DNA of 64,000 nucleotides from Phycisphaerales bacterium (GCA_003142595.1 PLMU01000010.1:98412-162411); one strand, 5' to 3'; counted from the stretch's first letter, positions 46,134 to 55,837 are shown. Numbers and translations: made by a program. The notes: generated by a model from the sequence alone, not told the origin.

Positions 46134-46157
46134 ATTCCCGCTTTCGCGGGAATGACA
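46134..46157. repeat. REP-like perfect palindrome ATTCCCGC-TTTC-GCGGGAAT (+GAC)
   Basis: 8-bp stem with a 4-nt loop. It shares the 14-mer TTCGCGGGAATGAC with 33069-33082 in inverted orientation. When translated it yields the SRFRGNDRE string at the 5' end of the track ORF 46079. Confidence 0.6.
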
Positions 46158-46168
46158 GGGAATCAGTT

Positions 46169-46879
46169 ATGGCAATAAAGGAGTTGATAACAAGGACGGG
46201 CCGATGGCTTTCTGGCAGAAGAGATAGCCTGTATGAGCCATTGAGGAAAAGCCCGCTACGCGAAGAAACGAACGGCGAACTGGCACGAAAAAATGGTTCA
46301 CCTGCCGATCGCACAGAAGCGCTGCAAATGATTCAGAGTTCATTCGAGCAGCTTGTCGAAAAACTGGGCGGGATAAATGACAACATCGGGCGGCAGATAA
46401 AACAGCACGAGGAACTTATAAAGCGGATTGACGAGATACCGCAGCTTCTGCAGCATTTTCCGGAAAGTATGAAAAACCAGAGAATTGTAGTTGATTCGCT
46501 GGTTGAGCAATTGAAAACGCAATCGCTGAAGAATCAGCAGTTTACGCAGGCGGTAGAAAAAATTCCTGTCGCAACCGAGAAACAGACCAACGCGATTTCA
46601 GATATGTCTGTTCAGCTTGCCGCATCTGCATCGGTCGATGCTCAGCTTACGGAGAATTTCAGGAAATTTAACAGCATAATTGATATATTAAAAGATAATG
46701 TCGAAGAGCAGGGCGACAGCATAAATCAGTTGAACAGGTCATTTTCCGCCAGCGACAGATATATGAAATATATTCTGAATACGCAGCATAAGCGGTTTAT
46801 GTGGGTTTTTGTCCTGGCTTTGAGTGTTAGCGTCTTTGCGATTATGGCAATGCTTGTTGTAATCTTACTGCTGAAATAA
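46169..46879 (+). CDS. Hypothetical coiled-coil protein with C-terminal membrane anchor
   Basis: Start moved to ATG 46169 (MAIKELITR), downstream of the REP-like element. Long heptad-like region, with a C-terminal TM (FMWVFVLALSVSVFAIMAMLVVILLL). Confidence 0.5.
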   Translation: MAIKELITRTGRWLSGRRDSLYEPLRKSPLREETNGELARKNGSPADRTEALQMIQSSFEQLVEKLGGINDNIGRQIKQHEELIKRIDEIPQLLQHFPESMKNQRIVVDSLVEQLKTQSLKNQQFTQAVEKIPVATEKQTNAISDMSVQLAASASVDAQLTENFRKFNSIIDILKDNVEEQGDSINQLNRSFSASDRYMKYILNTQHKRFMWVFVLALSVSVFAIMAMLVVILLLK

Positions 46880-46950
46880 TTTTTTAAATTTTTCTATTGC
46901 ATTCATTTTTTGGCGATGGTATTTTTTGTTTGTTCTTTTGAAATGAAATA

Positions 46951-47108
46951 TTGATTGCAGAATAGGGAACACGGTGAAAAGCCGTGACGGTCGCGCCGCT
47001 GTAAGCGTTTGTACCTGATTAATCAGGAGACCGAAAGAAGTTGTACCACTGTCCAAAGTGGACGGGAAGGGTTCTTTCGGTGGACGCAAGTCAGAAAACC
47101 TGCCTGTA
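46951..47108 (+). promoter_or_regulatory. Cobalamin (B12) riboswitch aptamer
   Basis: AATAGGGAACACGGTGAAAAGCCGTGACGGTCGCGCCGCTGTAAGCG, the B12-box region CCACTGTCCAAAGTGGACGGGAAGG, and the 3' AGTCAGAAAACCTGCC all track the conserved blocks of the E. coli btuB leader and the Rfam RF00174 consensus as I remember them. Confidence 0.88.
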
Positions 47109-47189
47109 ATCTAATTATTGTTGAGAGTTCTCGCGTAAGGAACACCGACAAACGCACTCTGTATGGGTGTTTTTGCTTTGGATATTGAA

Positions 47190-47225
47190 GCCGCCGTTCC
47201 CGCAAAAGGAACGGCGGTTTTTTTT
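47190..47225 (+). terminator. Intrinsic terminator = likely expression platform of the B12 riboswitch
   Basis: CCGCCGTTCC (47191-47200) pairs with GGAACGGCGG (47208-47217) around a 7-nt loop, followed by T8. It lies between the aptamer and the first plausible start codon. Confidence 0.75.
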
Positions 47226-47336
47226 ATTGGCTCTTTAATTATTTTTGCAATTCCACAAAAGCAAAATGCTTTTGGTCTGCCGGTTTGCGGCCGCCTACGG
47301 GCGGCCGCAGCGAGACCCTTGTGTGAAAATTTAGAA

Positions 47337-48077
47337 ATGGAGAAGAAGATGAAGTTTAAAAATTTGGTAGCTTTGATTATTGTTTTTGGGATTGCAGGCG
47401 TGGTCAATGCAGGTATTGCAAATTTTGACGACTTAAGTTTGAGTGCAAATTCCTATTGGAACGGTTCAGCCGGTACAGGTGGTTTTACCAGCGGCTCGGC
47501 TGTGTTTAATAATAACTATGATTCTATCTATCACAGTTGGGACGGCTGGGCGTATTCAAATAAGTCGGACACAACAACGCCGGGATATGCAAATCAATAC
47601 AGCGCCATCACAGGTTCGGCTCAAAGCGGTTCAAACTATGGTGTTGCTTATGTCGGCTGGAATGCACCACCTTCGATAACATTAAACAGCGCCTGCATTG
47701 TGGACGGTATTTATGTAACCAATACCACTTATGCTTATCTTGCAATGAAAGATGGCCAAGGCCCTGCTAATAAATTTAGTGACCAGGACTGGTTCAAGTT
47801 AAGCATTACAGGCAAAGATGAATCAGGTACATCAACCGGTACTATTAATTTCTTTCTTGCTGATGCCGGCCATATAGTCAATACGTGGGAATACGTCGAT
47901 CTCCGTACGCTGGGAGCGATTAAGAGCCTTGAGTTTAGTCTCAGTTCGAGCGATAACGACCCGGTTTTTGGAATGAACACGCCGGCGTATTTTGCGATGG
48001 ATACGGTTGTGCCTGAGCCGGCTACGGTGATTTTGTTAAGTTTCGGCGGATTATTGCTTCGCAGGAGAAGGAAATAA
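47337..48077 (+). CDS. PEP-CTERM-anchored secreted protein, body resembling the DUF4465 family
   Basis: MEKKMKFKNLVALIIVFGIAGVVNA signal peptide. FDDLSLSANSYWNGS...FNNNYDS...W.GWAYSN..D......NQYSAITG....GSNYGVAY...YVTNTTYAYLAMKDG...KF...DWFKLSITG...TG.INFFLAD...IV..WEYVDL matches my recollection of DUF4465. C-terminal VPEPATVILLSFGGLLLRRRRK. The start could instead be ATG 47349. Confidence 0.7.
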   Translation: MEKKMKFKNLVALIIVFGIAGVVNAGIANFDDLSLSANSYWNGSAGTGGFTSGSAVFNNNYDSIYHSWDGWAYSNKSDTTTPGYANQYSAITGSAQSGSNYGVAYVGWNAPPSITLNSACIVDGIYVTNTTYAYLAMKDGQGPANKFSDQDWFKLSITGKDESGTSTGTINFFLADAGHIVNTWEYVDLRTLGAIKSLEFSLSSSDNDPVFGMNTPAYFAMDTVVPEPATVILLSFGGLLLRRRRK

Positions 48078-48078
48078 A

Positions 48079-48981
48079 TTGCGAAATGGAATAATTATTT
48101 TATTGCCGCTGTTTATTGCTGCTTTATCTTTTGGCGGTCCTTATGCGCCGCCTGTAGGTCAGAGTGGCTCAACAGCAGTTTATATGAATGACTCCAGTAT
48201 TGTTGCCTGGGCGACAAGTGCTGTTATCGAGCGAGGGTTTATTGATATCAGCAAACCTGAATTGGGATATGTCAGTTTTGGCGATGTCTCAAATTGTCTC
48301 GGGCATGCTCAAGGGGACATTTATAACGTGGTAAGTCTCGGCGATGGGGGAATCGCCACGCTTGGTTTTCCCAAGCCTATTAAAAATGGACCCGGCTATG
48401 ATTTTGTAGTTTTTGAAAACAGCTATGGCGATACTTTTTTGGAGCTTGCCTTTGTCGAGGTCAGCAGCGACGGCAATAATTTCTTTCGTTTCAATGCAGT
48501 TTCACTGACAGACCCTAATATACAGGTCGGCACTTACGGTGAGGTGGATGCGACCAATATCAATAATCTTGCTGGTAAGTATAGACGTGGTTACGGCACA
48601 CCGTTTGACCTGCAGGAACTTGCCGGTATTGAAGGACTAGATATTAATTCGGTTAAGTATGTGAGGATAATAGATGTAGTCGGCTGCATTCAGTCGGCTG
48701 ATTTTAATAATGACGGATTGGTAAATTTTTCCGATTATGCCATCCTTGCAGCGGCGTATTTGAGCCGAACAAATGGGCCTCGATGGAATGCACGGTGCGA
48801 TATTGCCGCCCCTTATGGGGTTATTGATATGGCTGATATCAAAGAGTTTGTGTCTCGATGGCTTACTGAATGGTCAAGTATGGACTCTGCCGGCCATAAG
48901 ATAAATGACCCATGGCCGACCCCTTTCGATACGGGCGGGTTTGATTTAGATGCGGTAGGTGTAATTCATCAGCAGCCATAG
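48079..48981 (+). CDS. Secreted hypothetical protein with dockerin-like calcium-binding repeat
   Basis: TTG start 1 nt after the upstream stop, with AGGAGAAGG upstream. Signal peptide present. DFNNDGLVNFSDYAILAAAY and DIAAPYGVIDMADIKEF form a dockerin-type pair. Confidence 0.6.
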   Translation: MRNGIIILLPLFIAALSFGGPYAPPVGQSGSTAVYMNDSSIVAWATSAVIERGFIDISKPELGYVSFGDVSNCLGHAQGDIYNVVSLGDGGIATLGFPKPIKNGPGYDFVVFENSYGDTFLELAFVEVSSDGNNFFRFNAVSLTDPNIQVGTYGEVDATNINNLAGKYRRGYGTPFDLQELAGIEGLDINSVKYVRIIDVVGCIQSADFNNDGLVNFSDYAILAAAYLSRTNGPRWNARCDIAAPYGVIDMADIKEFVSRWLTEWSSMDSAGHKINDPWPTPFDTGGFDLDAVGVIHQQP

Positions 48982-48995
48982 ATTATGAGTAATTT

Positions 48996-49781
48996 ATGAT
49001 TATGTCAAAAAAAGCATTTACACTTGTAGAACTGCTGGTTGTTATGGCGGTAATAGCTTTGCTTTTGGGTATATTGATACCTGCTTTGGGCGCAGCACGT
49101 TCGCAAGGTAAAACGATTGTCTGCAAAAACAACCTTCGACAGCTTGTACTGGCGAATAGCGGTTATGCAGTAGAAAACGACGGCTGTTATGTTTTGGCGG
49201 CGTCGGATATTTGGACCACGAACAATCAGCGATGGCATGGAGTACGTGAGGATAATTACAGTCCATTTGATTGGCACAAAAGTCCTCTTGTTTCTTATTT
49301 TTCCGGCGGGGGTGTCAAAGAATGTCCTCAAATGGTTAATTTCAGAAAAGGCGAACCTTCGGATTTTGACTATGAAGATGGCTGCGGCGGATATGGTTAT
49401 AATATGACCTATATAGGCTCAAGAATATGGGAGCGCAATGCTGCCGAAAATTGCAAAAGGCCGACTAAAAATACTGAAATAGCTGTATCGGGGCAGACAG
49501 TAATGTTTGCTGATTGTGCAATGGCAAGAAAAGATGGCGGCAGTATATATTTTATTGAATACTCGTTTGCAGAACCGCCGTTTAATGGATTGGATTATGC
49601 CTGGCCTTCAATACATTTCAGACATAGAGGCAAAGCAAATGTTGGATGGGCGGATGGACATATAAGTTCGGAAAAAATGACGAAATTCAGCATGTTGATT
49701 GACAACTCCAGAATAAATTCGGCAGATGTGATGTTGGGTTGGTTTGGACCTATAGATAACAGTTTGTTCGATTTAAAATAA
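48996..49781 (+). CDS. Prepilin-type N-terminal cleavage/methylation domain protein with H-X9-DG motif (PVC-type pseudopilin-like)
   Basis: KKAFTLVELLVVMAVIALLLGILIPAL (class III signal) and HRGKANVGWADGH (H-X9-DG). Confidence 0.8.
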   Translation: MIMSKKAFTLVELLVVMAVIALLLGILIPALGAARSQGKTIVCKNNLRQLVLANSGYAVENDGCYVLAASDIWTTNNQRWHGVREDNYSPFDWHKSPLVSYFSGGGVKECPQMVNFRKGEPSDFDYEDGCGGYGYNMTYIGSRIWERNAAENCKRPTKNTEIAVSGQTVMFADCAMARKDGGSIYFIEYSFAEPPFNGLDYAWPSIHFRHRGKANVGWADGHISSEKMTKFSMLIDNSRINSADVMLGWFGPIDNSLFDLK

Positions 49782-49832
49782 AACAGTCTAAATCTTCTTT
49801 ATTTTTCGATACTGCCTTTTATAATTACTTAT

Positions 49833-50588
49833 GTGAAGACTTTTTTACAGGCAACAGGAAGTTATCTTAAAAACTTGCAGCAGCTTTTCTGGCAGAATTA
49901 CTGCCGTTGCTGTAATGTGGTTATCGCTGAGGACGATAAATATTTCTGCTCCGACTGCTGGTCGCAGCTTGGTTATTGCTTCGTTGATAGTTTCTGCCGG
50001 CGATGCGGCAGAGAAATCAGTGCGTTCGGACAGCTGCCCGACGGCTGCGCTCACTGCCAAAATGAAAATTTTCATTTCGATTCAATCGCCTGTGCGGGGA
50101 TATATAAAGAGCCTTTGAGCAATCTGATTGTAAAATTCAAACTTGCCGACCGGACATATCTTTTGCCTGCGCTGGAGGATTTTGCGAGGAGCGCTGTTTA
50201 CAAAGCTGATTTTTTCAATTCGGTCGATTTTGTCGTGCCTATGCCGCTGCACTGGCGAAGAAGATTTCAGCGAGGTTTTAATCAGTCGGCATTTATCGCA
50301 AAAAGTATAAAAATTCCTAATGCCGGTTTCAATACAGACCTTGTTAAAATTCGTCATACTCAGGACCAAACGGCAGTTACATTTGCGGAAAGGAAAAAGA
50401 ATCTGCAAGGGGCGTTTGCGGTCAGAAATGGACATAATTTCGAAGGCAAAAATGTCTGTCTTATCGATGATGTAAAGACAACTGGTGCGACACTTAACGA
50501 ATGCGCGAAGGTATTAAAAGAAGCCGGAGCCCAAAAGGTTTTTGCGTTTGTATTGGCAGTTGCAGGGCAAAAAGATAAAGATAATTAG
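49833..50588 (+). CDS. comF: ComF-family protein (phosphoribosyltransferase-like)
   Basis: N-terminal double CxxC zinc finger (CRCCN...CSDCW; CRRCG...CAHC) and the C-terminal PRTase motif VCLIDDVKTTGATL. Confidence 0.8.
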   Translation: MKTFLQATGSYLKNLQQLFWQNYCRCCNVVIAEDDKYFCSDCWSQLGYCFVDSFCRRCGREISAFGQLPDGCAHCQNENFHFDSIACAGIYKEPLSNLIVKFKLADRTYLLPALEDFARSAVYKADFFNSVDFVVPMPLHWRRRFQRGFNQSAFIAKSIKIPNAGFNTDLVKIRHTQDQTAVTFAERKKNLQGAFAVRNGHNFEGKNVCLIDDVKTTGATLNECAKVLKEAGAQKVFAFVLAVAGQKDKDN

Positions 50589-50774
50589 CAATCGATGCGA
50601 ATAAGGGTTGAACTATCAATCGAAACCAATCGTAAGTTGCTTAATTAAAACAAGTTAAGGCAAAGGGGTTTGTCAGGGGATTTTGGCGAGCGTCTTTGTA
50701 GCATAAATACTTAATTTATAGGCAGTTATAGCCGATATAAGATATAAGAGTAATTGCGCTAAGAGTCTATATAT

Positions 50775-53225
50775 ATGGATGGAATGTTGAGTAAAAAAAC
50801 TAAAAATCTGATAATTTTAGCTATTTTAGGAGCGGTAAATATCTGTTTTGCCGAGCCGAACGCCGCACCTCCGCCCGCCGCAGCCGAGCCCAATGTGGCC
50901 AAACAGGATCAGTATCAGTCATCTCTGGCGGCAAAGTCATTTTACGATATTGGTTATGAACTTTACAACAGCAAGGATGCCGGTTTTCCTCAGGCCAAGC
51001 AGGCGATAATTTTTCTCAATACCGCTCTTAATCTCGACAGCAGGGCGAGTTATGTTTTGCCTGATATTATTAATATAGCATGGAAATATCCTGAAGAAAA
51101 TTTTTCAAATGCCGTAAAAATCTCTCTTGATGAGTATGTGGACCGCCCAAGCGACCTTGAAATTACGTCAAGAGCGGTTCAATATCTTCTCGAAAGGCTC
51201 AGCAGCAGGGAAGATAGAGAGCAGCTTTTGCAGACGATGCTGAATAGATATGAGGATAAAAACCTGTTTTTCGCGTCGGACCTTGCGGCTCAAATAGGTT
51301 TTCTAAAAGCTGAAACTGTCGATACAGCCGAAGCTCAAAAATATCTTATACGGGCTTATCTCGACAATAAATATAACAGTCTTGCATTCGACAAACTTGC
51401 CGAACTTGCCGAGGCAGACAGCAATAGCGGGCTGCCGGTCATAAATTATCTGGAAAATTACCGTTATGAGGTAAGGGTTAATCCGCTCAATTTTAAGGCG
51501 GTTATAGATTTTGCCAGGTTAGCCGAGTCGCTTGGTATGTATGAAGCTGCAGCGGCGGGTTATAAATACTGCGAGCAGTTGCATAAATATCTGAATCCCC
51601 GCAAACTGATGCCTGCGGAACTGTACCGGCCGTGGATGCTGAGCAGTTTTAATGCGCGGGATTACGGAATGTGCCAGCAGATTTTAGAGCGGGTCCGTGG
51701 TTACGACGTGTTTGATGTGATGGTTGAGGCAATCGCTGCCGCTTCGGCAAAGCAGAGCGGCGACGAAAAAAATTATCAGGTTATTCGTGACGGAATCAAA
51801 AGACGAGCAACAAAGATTCTTTCAGGCGAACTTAAGGCATCAGCGGGAGAGTATGATGATTATGCGTGGTTCTTCTGCTTCGCAAACGATATTAATGATG
51901 TTAATTCGCAGGATGCGCTTACCTGGGCGACAAAGGCTTATGATGCCGATAGTAATTCGAACAGCGCAGCTTCGTTTTTTGCCTATGCTCTGATAAAAAA
52001 TAACCAGATTGACCTGGCCAAACCTGTGCTCGAAAAAGTCGGCACAAGCACTCAGGCTTCGGCAATCGCAAAAGCGGAAATTATAGCAGGAAAAGACGCC
52101 AATACTGCAGTCAGAGATATTCTCAAATCAGCAGTGTCGGCTGACCCCGGCACATTCGAGGCACAAAGAGCAAAGGCTATGCTCAAAAAACTTGGTTCGG
52201 AATATGTGCCCGTCGTCGACCCTGATATACTTCTAACGGTGTTAAAGAATGATTTCGGCCCGACGATATTTAGCGAATTTGTTCCGCCGGAAAAAATGAT
52301 AACGGCAGAACTTCATACAGGAGGTTCCGCTATTTCATACGGAAACGAGACAAAAGCCGAGCTTGCGGTAGTAAATAATTATTCCGAGCCGATGATAGTC
52401 TGTCCGGACGCCTTATTTAAAGGCAATATTCGCGTTGATGCCCGCATAAGCGGAGATTTGTCCGAACAAATTGACAATCTTATCGTCAAGACGGTTCGGC
52501 CGTCGCACGAAATAAGGCATGGAGATGCATTATTTATTCCCCTGCAGATTGTAACCGGTAAATTAAAGAGCATTATGGAAAGTCATCCGCAGGCGGAATT
52601 GAATCTTGAAGTTACGGTGTATTTGGACCCGCGAGTCGATCCGAACGGACAGATACAAAACTTTTATGGATTAAAACCTGCAAAGGCGATTTTAAAACTG
52701 AGAAAGCTTGACCTGAATACACAGTATTTGCAGCAGAGACTTGATGCGCTCAAAAAAGGTCATCCGGGACAGAAAATCAAGTCGGCTCAGCTTTTTGCCG
52801 GGCTTCTTGCCGAACAGCAGAGCTTTGCTCAGATAGGAACTAAATACAGGTTTATATATGCCGAACCGGAATTGCTTAGTTCCGCTCTTGCCAGATGTCT
52901 TGCTGAAGATAATTGGGTTCTGAAAGTGCAAACTATAGCCGCGCTGCTGAAACTGAAACTTGATTATAGGCTTACAGATGCTGTTTCTACGGAACTGCAT
53001 AATAAATATTGGCCTGTCAGGCTGATGGCTGTTTTCATTCTTGCACAAAATCAGGGTAAAGATTTTCTGCCGGTCTTGAAATGGACTGCAAGTAATGATG
53101 GCGACCCGGTGGTGAGGGATATGGCCGCGGCACTGGCAGCAGAGATGACAAATGACGAAAAAACCGCAGCCGGCAATCCCGCGGCTCCTGCAGTAAAGCC
53201 TCAAAAACCGCCCCAGCAAAAATAA
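50775..53225 (+). CDS. Large secreted repeat protein (TPR-like N-terminal part, HEAT-like C-terminus)
   Basis: Signal peptide, helical-repeat composition, and a C-terminal KYWPVRLMAVFILAQNQG...DGDPVVRDMAAALAAE HEAT unit followed by a Pro/Ala tail. Confidence 0.5.
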   Translation: MDGMLSKKTKNLIILAILGAVNICFAEPNAAPPPAAAEPNVAKQDQYQSSLAAKSFYDIGYELYNSKDAGFPQAKQAIIFLNTALNLDSRASYVLPDIINIAWKYPEENFSNAVKISLDEYVDRPSDLEITSRAVQYLLERLSSREDREQLLQTMLNRYEDKNLFFASDLAAQIGFLKAETVDTAEAQKYLIRAYLDNKYNSLAFDKLAELAEADSNSGLPVINYLENYRYEVRVNPLNFKAVIDFARLAESLGMYEAAAAGYKYCEQLHKYLNPRKLMPAELYRPWMLSSFNARDYGMCQQILERVRGYDVFDVMVEAIAAASAKQSGDEKNYQVIRDGIKRRATKILSGELKASAGEYDDYAWFFCFANDINDVNSQDALTWATKAYDADSNSNSAASFFAYALIKNNQIDLAKPVLEKVGTSTQASAIAKAEIIAGKDANTAVRDILKSAVSADPGTFEAQRAKAMLKKLGSEYVPVVDPDILLTVLKNDFGPTIFSEFVPPEKMITAELHTGGSAISYGNETKAELAVVNNYSEPMIVCPDALFKGNIRVDARISGDLSEQIDNLIVKTVRPSHEIRHGDALFIPLQIVTGKLKSIMESHPQAELNLEVTVYLDPRVDPNGQIQNFYGLKPAKAILKLRKLDLNTQYLQQRLDALKKGHPGQKIKSAQLFAGLLAEQQSFAQIGTKYRFIYAEPELLSSALARCLAEDNWVLKVQTIAALLKLKLDYRLTDAVSTELHNKYWPVRLMAVFILAQNQGKDFLPVLKWTASNDGDPVVRDMAAALAAEMTNDEKTAAGNPAAPAVKPQKPPQQK

Positions 53226-53453
53226 ATTTTAAAAAATAAATCAGGCATTTTGGCATCCAGTATACATCTCAATATAAAATGTTTATTTTAAGCCTTTGTA
53301 TTAAAAGAGGTTATAAGCGGCGGATTTTTAATTTTAGTCTGTTAATTTAATAATAATTTTGTTGTCAAACCGAGTTTACTTTTGTATGATTTCCGCCTCT
53401 AACTTAGTAAAATGTAAATCTTTACGGTTTCAATAGTTTTGAAAGGGTTTTTT

Positions 53454-53627
53454 ATGCCGGCAAAAGTTAATGAAGAAAAGTGCACAGGCTGTGAAGCATG
53501 CGTAGATGCCTGCCCGGCTGAAGCGATAAAGATGGTCGATGGCAAGGCAGTTGTTGATGCCGACACTTGCGTGGACTGCGGTGTTTGTGTTGACGAGTGT
53601 CCTGTCGAAGCTATAGAGATGGTATAG
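53454..53627 (+). CDS. 2x[4Fe-4S] ferredoxin
   Basis: CTGCEACVDACP and CVDCGVCVDECP. Start set at ATG 53454 (MPAKVNEEK). Confidence 0.85.
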   Translation: MPAKVNEEKCTGCEACVDACPAEAIKMVDGKAVVDADTCVDCGVCVDECPVEAIEMV

Positions 53628-53680
53628 TCGTTTCGCCATAATGGCAGGAAAAAAATTAAGAAAGGAATAATTTGATTTTT

Positions 53681-53755
53681 GGCCCCATCGTCTAGGCCGG
53701 TCCAGGACACCGGGTTTTCAACCCGGCGACAGGGGTTCAAATCCCCTTGGGGCTA
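53681..53755 (+). tRNA. tRNA-Glu (anticodon UUC)
   Basis: Hand fold: acceptor GGCCCCA/TGGGGCT, anticodon stem CCGGG/CCCGG with loop TTTTCAA, T-arm GGGGTTCAAATCCCC, and discriminator A. Confidence 0.88.
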
Positions 53756-54155
53756 TTTTTTGCCGAAGTCAAAAAATAGAGCATTTGAGCAGGTGAACAG
53801 GAGAGCAGTTGAAAAGAAATACACGCTCAAATGCGGTCAACTGTTCAAAATTCCTTGTATTTACTTAGGCCAGAATCGATCAAAGAATGCATCGCAAAAA
53901 CTTTTCGCGAGTATTTGAAGGATTTTTTCAGGTATATTTTCAAGCCAGTTTATGATTTTCACAAAAGACCTTTTTTTTGCCATGTTTTATAGCTCCAAAA
54001 AAATAAATTTATTCCTTTGAAGTTATAGGATATACAAACAGGGGAGGTGTGTGCAAAACGTAAGAGAACGTAATTGCCATTTACGTTTACGTTCGTGGAA
54101 TGTGATTATAAATGCTTATTTTACCAGAACTAAGGTTGTGTGTTTGAAAAAGTGT

Positions 54156-54983
54156 TTATTTATTTTTTTTGTTGCGTGGTTTATATGTTTGAATTTTTTT
54201 ATCAAACCATTTTCTAAGATACAGATTTTCCTGTGTCTGGGGGTCTTTCTTTGGTGTTATACTGTCTTTTTCCTGCCAAGCTTGGAGGGTGGTACGTGGA
54301 ACTTTATGGCCGTTTACTATTTCTTTACTACCGATAAGGTTCCTTGGGCGTACATACTTCTTTTTTCTCTTTTCCCCCGCCTCGCCACCGTTTTGCTCTG
54401 TATCGGTCGAATCAGCAGTATCCACTTTTTGCTCTCTTTCAAGAGCATACTGAACCTTGTCGAGTATTTCGATAACTTCTGAAATTTCACCAACAAACCA
54501 GCTTTTATTAATACTCTTATAATTCTTACTGAAGTATTCAAAATTTCCAGCTAACAATGTATCTTTAGTCCAGGGATAAACCTGAAAAGCCTCATAGAGG
54601 GAGTAATGGCATTTCTCAATTTCAGACAAAAGGCTTTTAATTTCCGCCCGTTGCCCATCTACTGCTTTTGTGTAAACAGGGTCTTTGCTTCTATATATCA
54701 GTTCTGCTTGTCTCAACTGCTCATCTTCTATCCATTTGCGGCGTTCATCGGTTGTATATAAAGGGTCTCTATGCAGGAGTATGCTGCCACGTCCTATACA
54801 TTGTTCGCCCCTGTTAAGTAAACGTTTGTGAACAACATCACAAGCTTTATGGAAAGCTTCAAGCGATAACGCTTTGTCCATCATCTTAATAGGGTCATTC
54901 AGCAGTTTAATCACTTTCTGATAAAGCCCTTTGAGTTTTTCTACCTCTCTGATTTTTATGGTCATACTTTGTTGACTATCCAT
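54156..54983 (-). CDS. Hypothetical protein (islet cargo) with possible C-terminal excisionase/MerR-like HTH and basic tail
   Basis: 275 aa and helical. The C-terminus LIGSKEIVNGHKVPRTTLQAWQEKD resembles HTH_17/AlpA-type helices, and a Lys-rich tail follows. No family recognised. Confidence 0.45.
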   Translation of the reverse strand: MDSQQSMTIKIREVEKLKGLYQKVIKLLNDPIKMMDKALSLEAFHKACDVVHKRLLNRGEQCIGRGSILLHRDPLYTTDERRKWIEDEQLRQAELIYRSKDPVYTKAVDGQRAEIKSLLSEIEKCHYSLYEAFQVYPWTKDTLLAGNFEYFSKNYKSINKSWFVGEISEVIEILDKVQYALEREQKVDTADSTDTEQNGGEAGEKRKKKYVRPRNLIGSKEIVNGHKVPRTTLQAWQEKDSITPKKDPQTQENLYLRKWFDKKIQTYKPRNKKNK

Positions 54984-55375
54984 AGTTCACACAAAAAAAG
55001 CCGGCTTTTGGTAGTGGTGCTATTTAACTCTCGTTAAGCTGTGCGGTCCTTACGGATTCGCAACACCACAGCCGAAAACCAACTGGTGATTCATCGTATT
55101 GTCAACGAGATTTAACATTGCAGAAAATATCGACAGTTCAGCTATTTGTCAATCAATGGGATTGGAAATTTAATGAATTTTGTATATGCCAATGCGTCCC
55201 CATTGTGTCCCATATTGGCAATTTATCCCCAGAGTAGCCTCATTGAATTAGAACAGACTGCAAATTTCTTGTGGGATTCAGTGATTGCCTTGTCTTGACG
55301 TACCTTTTCACCCATTTTCATCTTTCATATCTGCTATTGCAGACTGTGCTTGTCCTGTGCTACAATCTCTTCGAT

Positions 55376-55837
55376 ATGAGAATAGGTTTGAAAATTGCAG
55401 CATGGGTATACGGAGTTCAGGCGTTCTTTGTCGTACCTTGGTTCCTGGGAGCTATTTATAGACATGAAATGTCGCTTTGGGCTGGGGAGCAGTATGCATC
55501 AGAATTGCACCGGCATGGTCAAGGTGATGCCCTGTTAGGACTTTATCTCTATGTAATATTCTATGCGATATTTGTAGTGGTTCCATATGCAACCTTGAGT
55601 CTGCGGTTTCCATTACGCACACCGGAGTTAAAGCGTTCATTTCGTATTGGACGGATAATTCTTTCAGTCTGGTTTGCCGGAACGCTCTTGCTGTTTCTGA
55701 ATCCTCTTTTTGAGTTTATCCGGCAGCAGGAAGATGTCTTGAACGGATGGCTTTTGATTTTATGGGGAGGAGCAACGGTTTTCTGCTTTTGCATATGGAG
55801 GGATTTAGAGAAAACACGTATCAAAAATAAAGAATGA
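55376..55837 (+). CDS. Hypothetical four-TM membrane protein (islet cargo)
   Basis: Start set at ATG 55376 (MRIGLKIAAWVYG...). Four hydrophobic segments. Confidence 0.4.
   Translation: MRIGLKIAAWVYGVQAFFVVPWFLGAIYRHEMSLWAGEQYASELHRHGQGDALLGLYLYVIFYAIFVVVPYATLSLRFPLRTPELKRSFRIGRIILSVWFAGTLLLFLNPLFEFIRQQEDVLNGWLLILWGGATVFCFCIWRDLEKTRIKNKE

Noticed and set aside
46079-46168. 5' extension of the coiled-coil ORF (MTTLYLYISINQRIESFIDSRFRGNDRESV)
   Set aside because: It depends on a non-ATG start and reads through the REP-like palindrome. ATG 46169 is the more credible start.
47163-47336. 5' extension of the DUF4465-like ORF back to 47163
   Set aside because: The extension would be translated through the riboswitch terminator hairpin and its T-run. 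The signal peptide begins only after Met at 47337/47349.
53679-53918. 79-aa ORF overlapping tRNA-Glu
   Set aside because: It starts inside the tRNA gene, and its N-terminal residues are simply the translated tRNA sequence.
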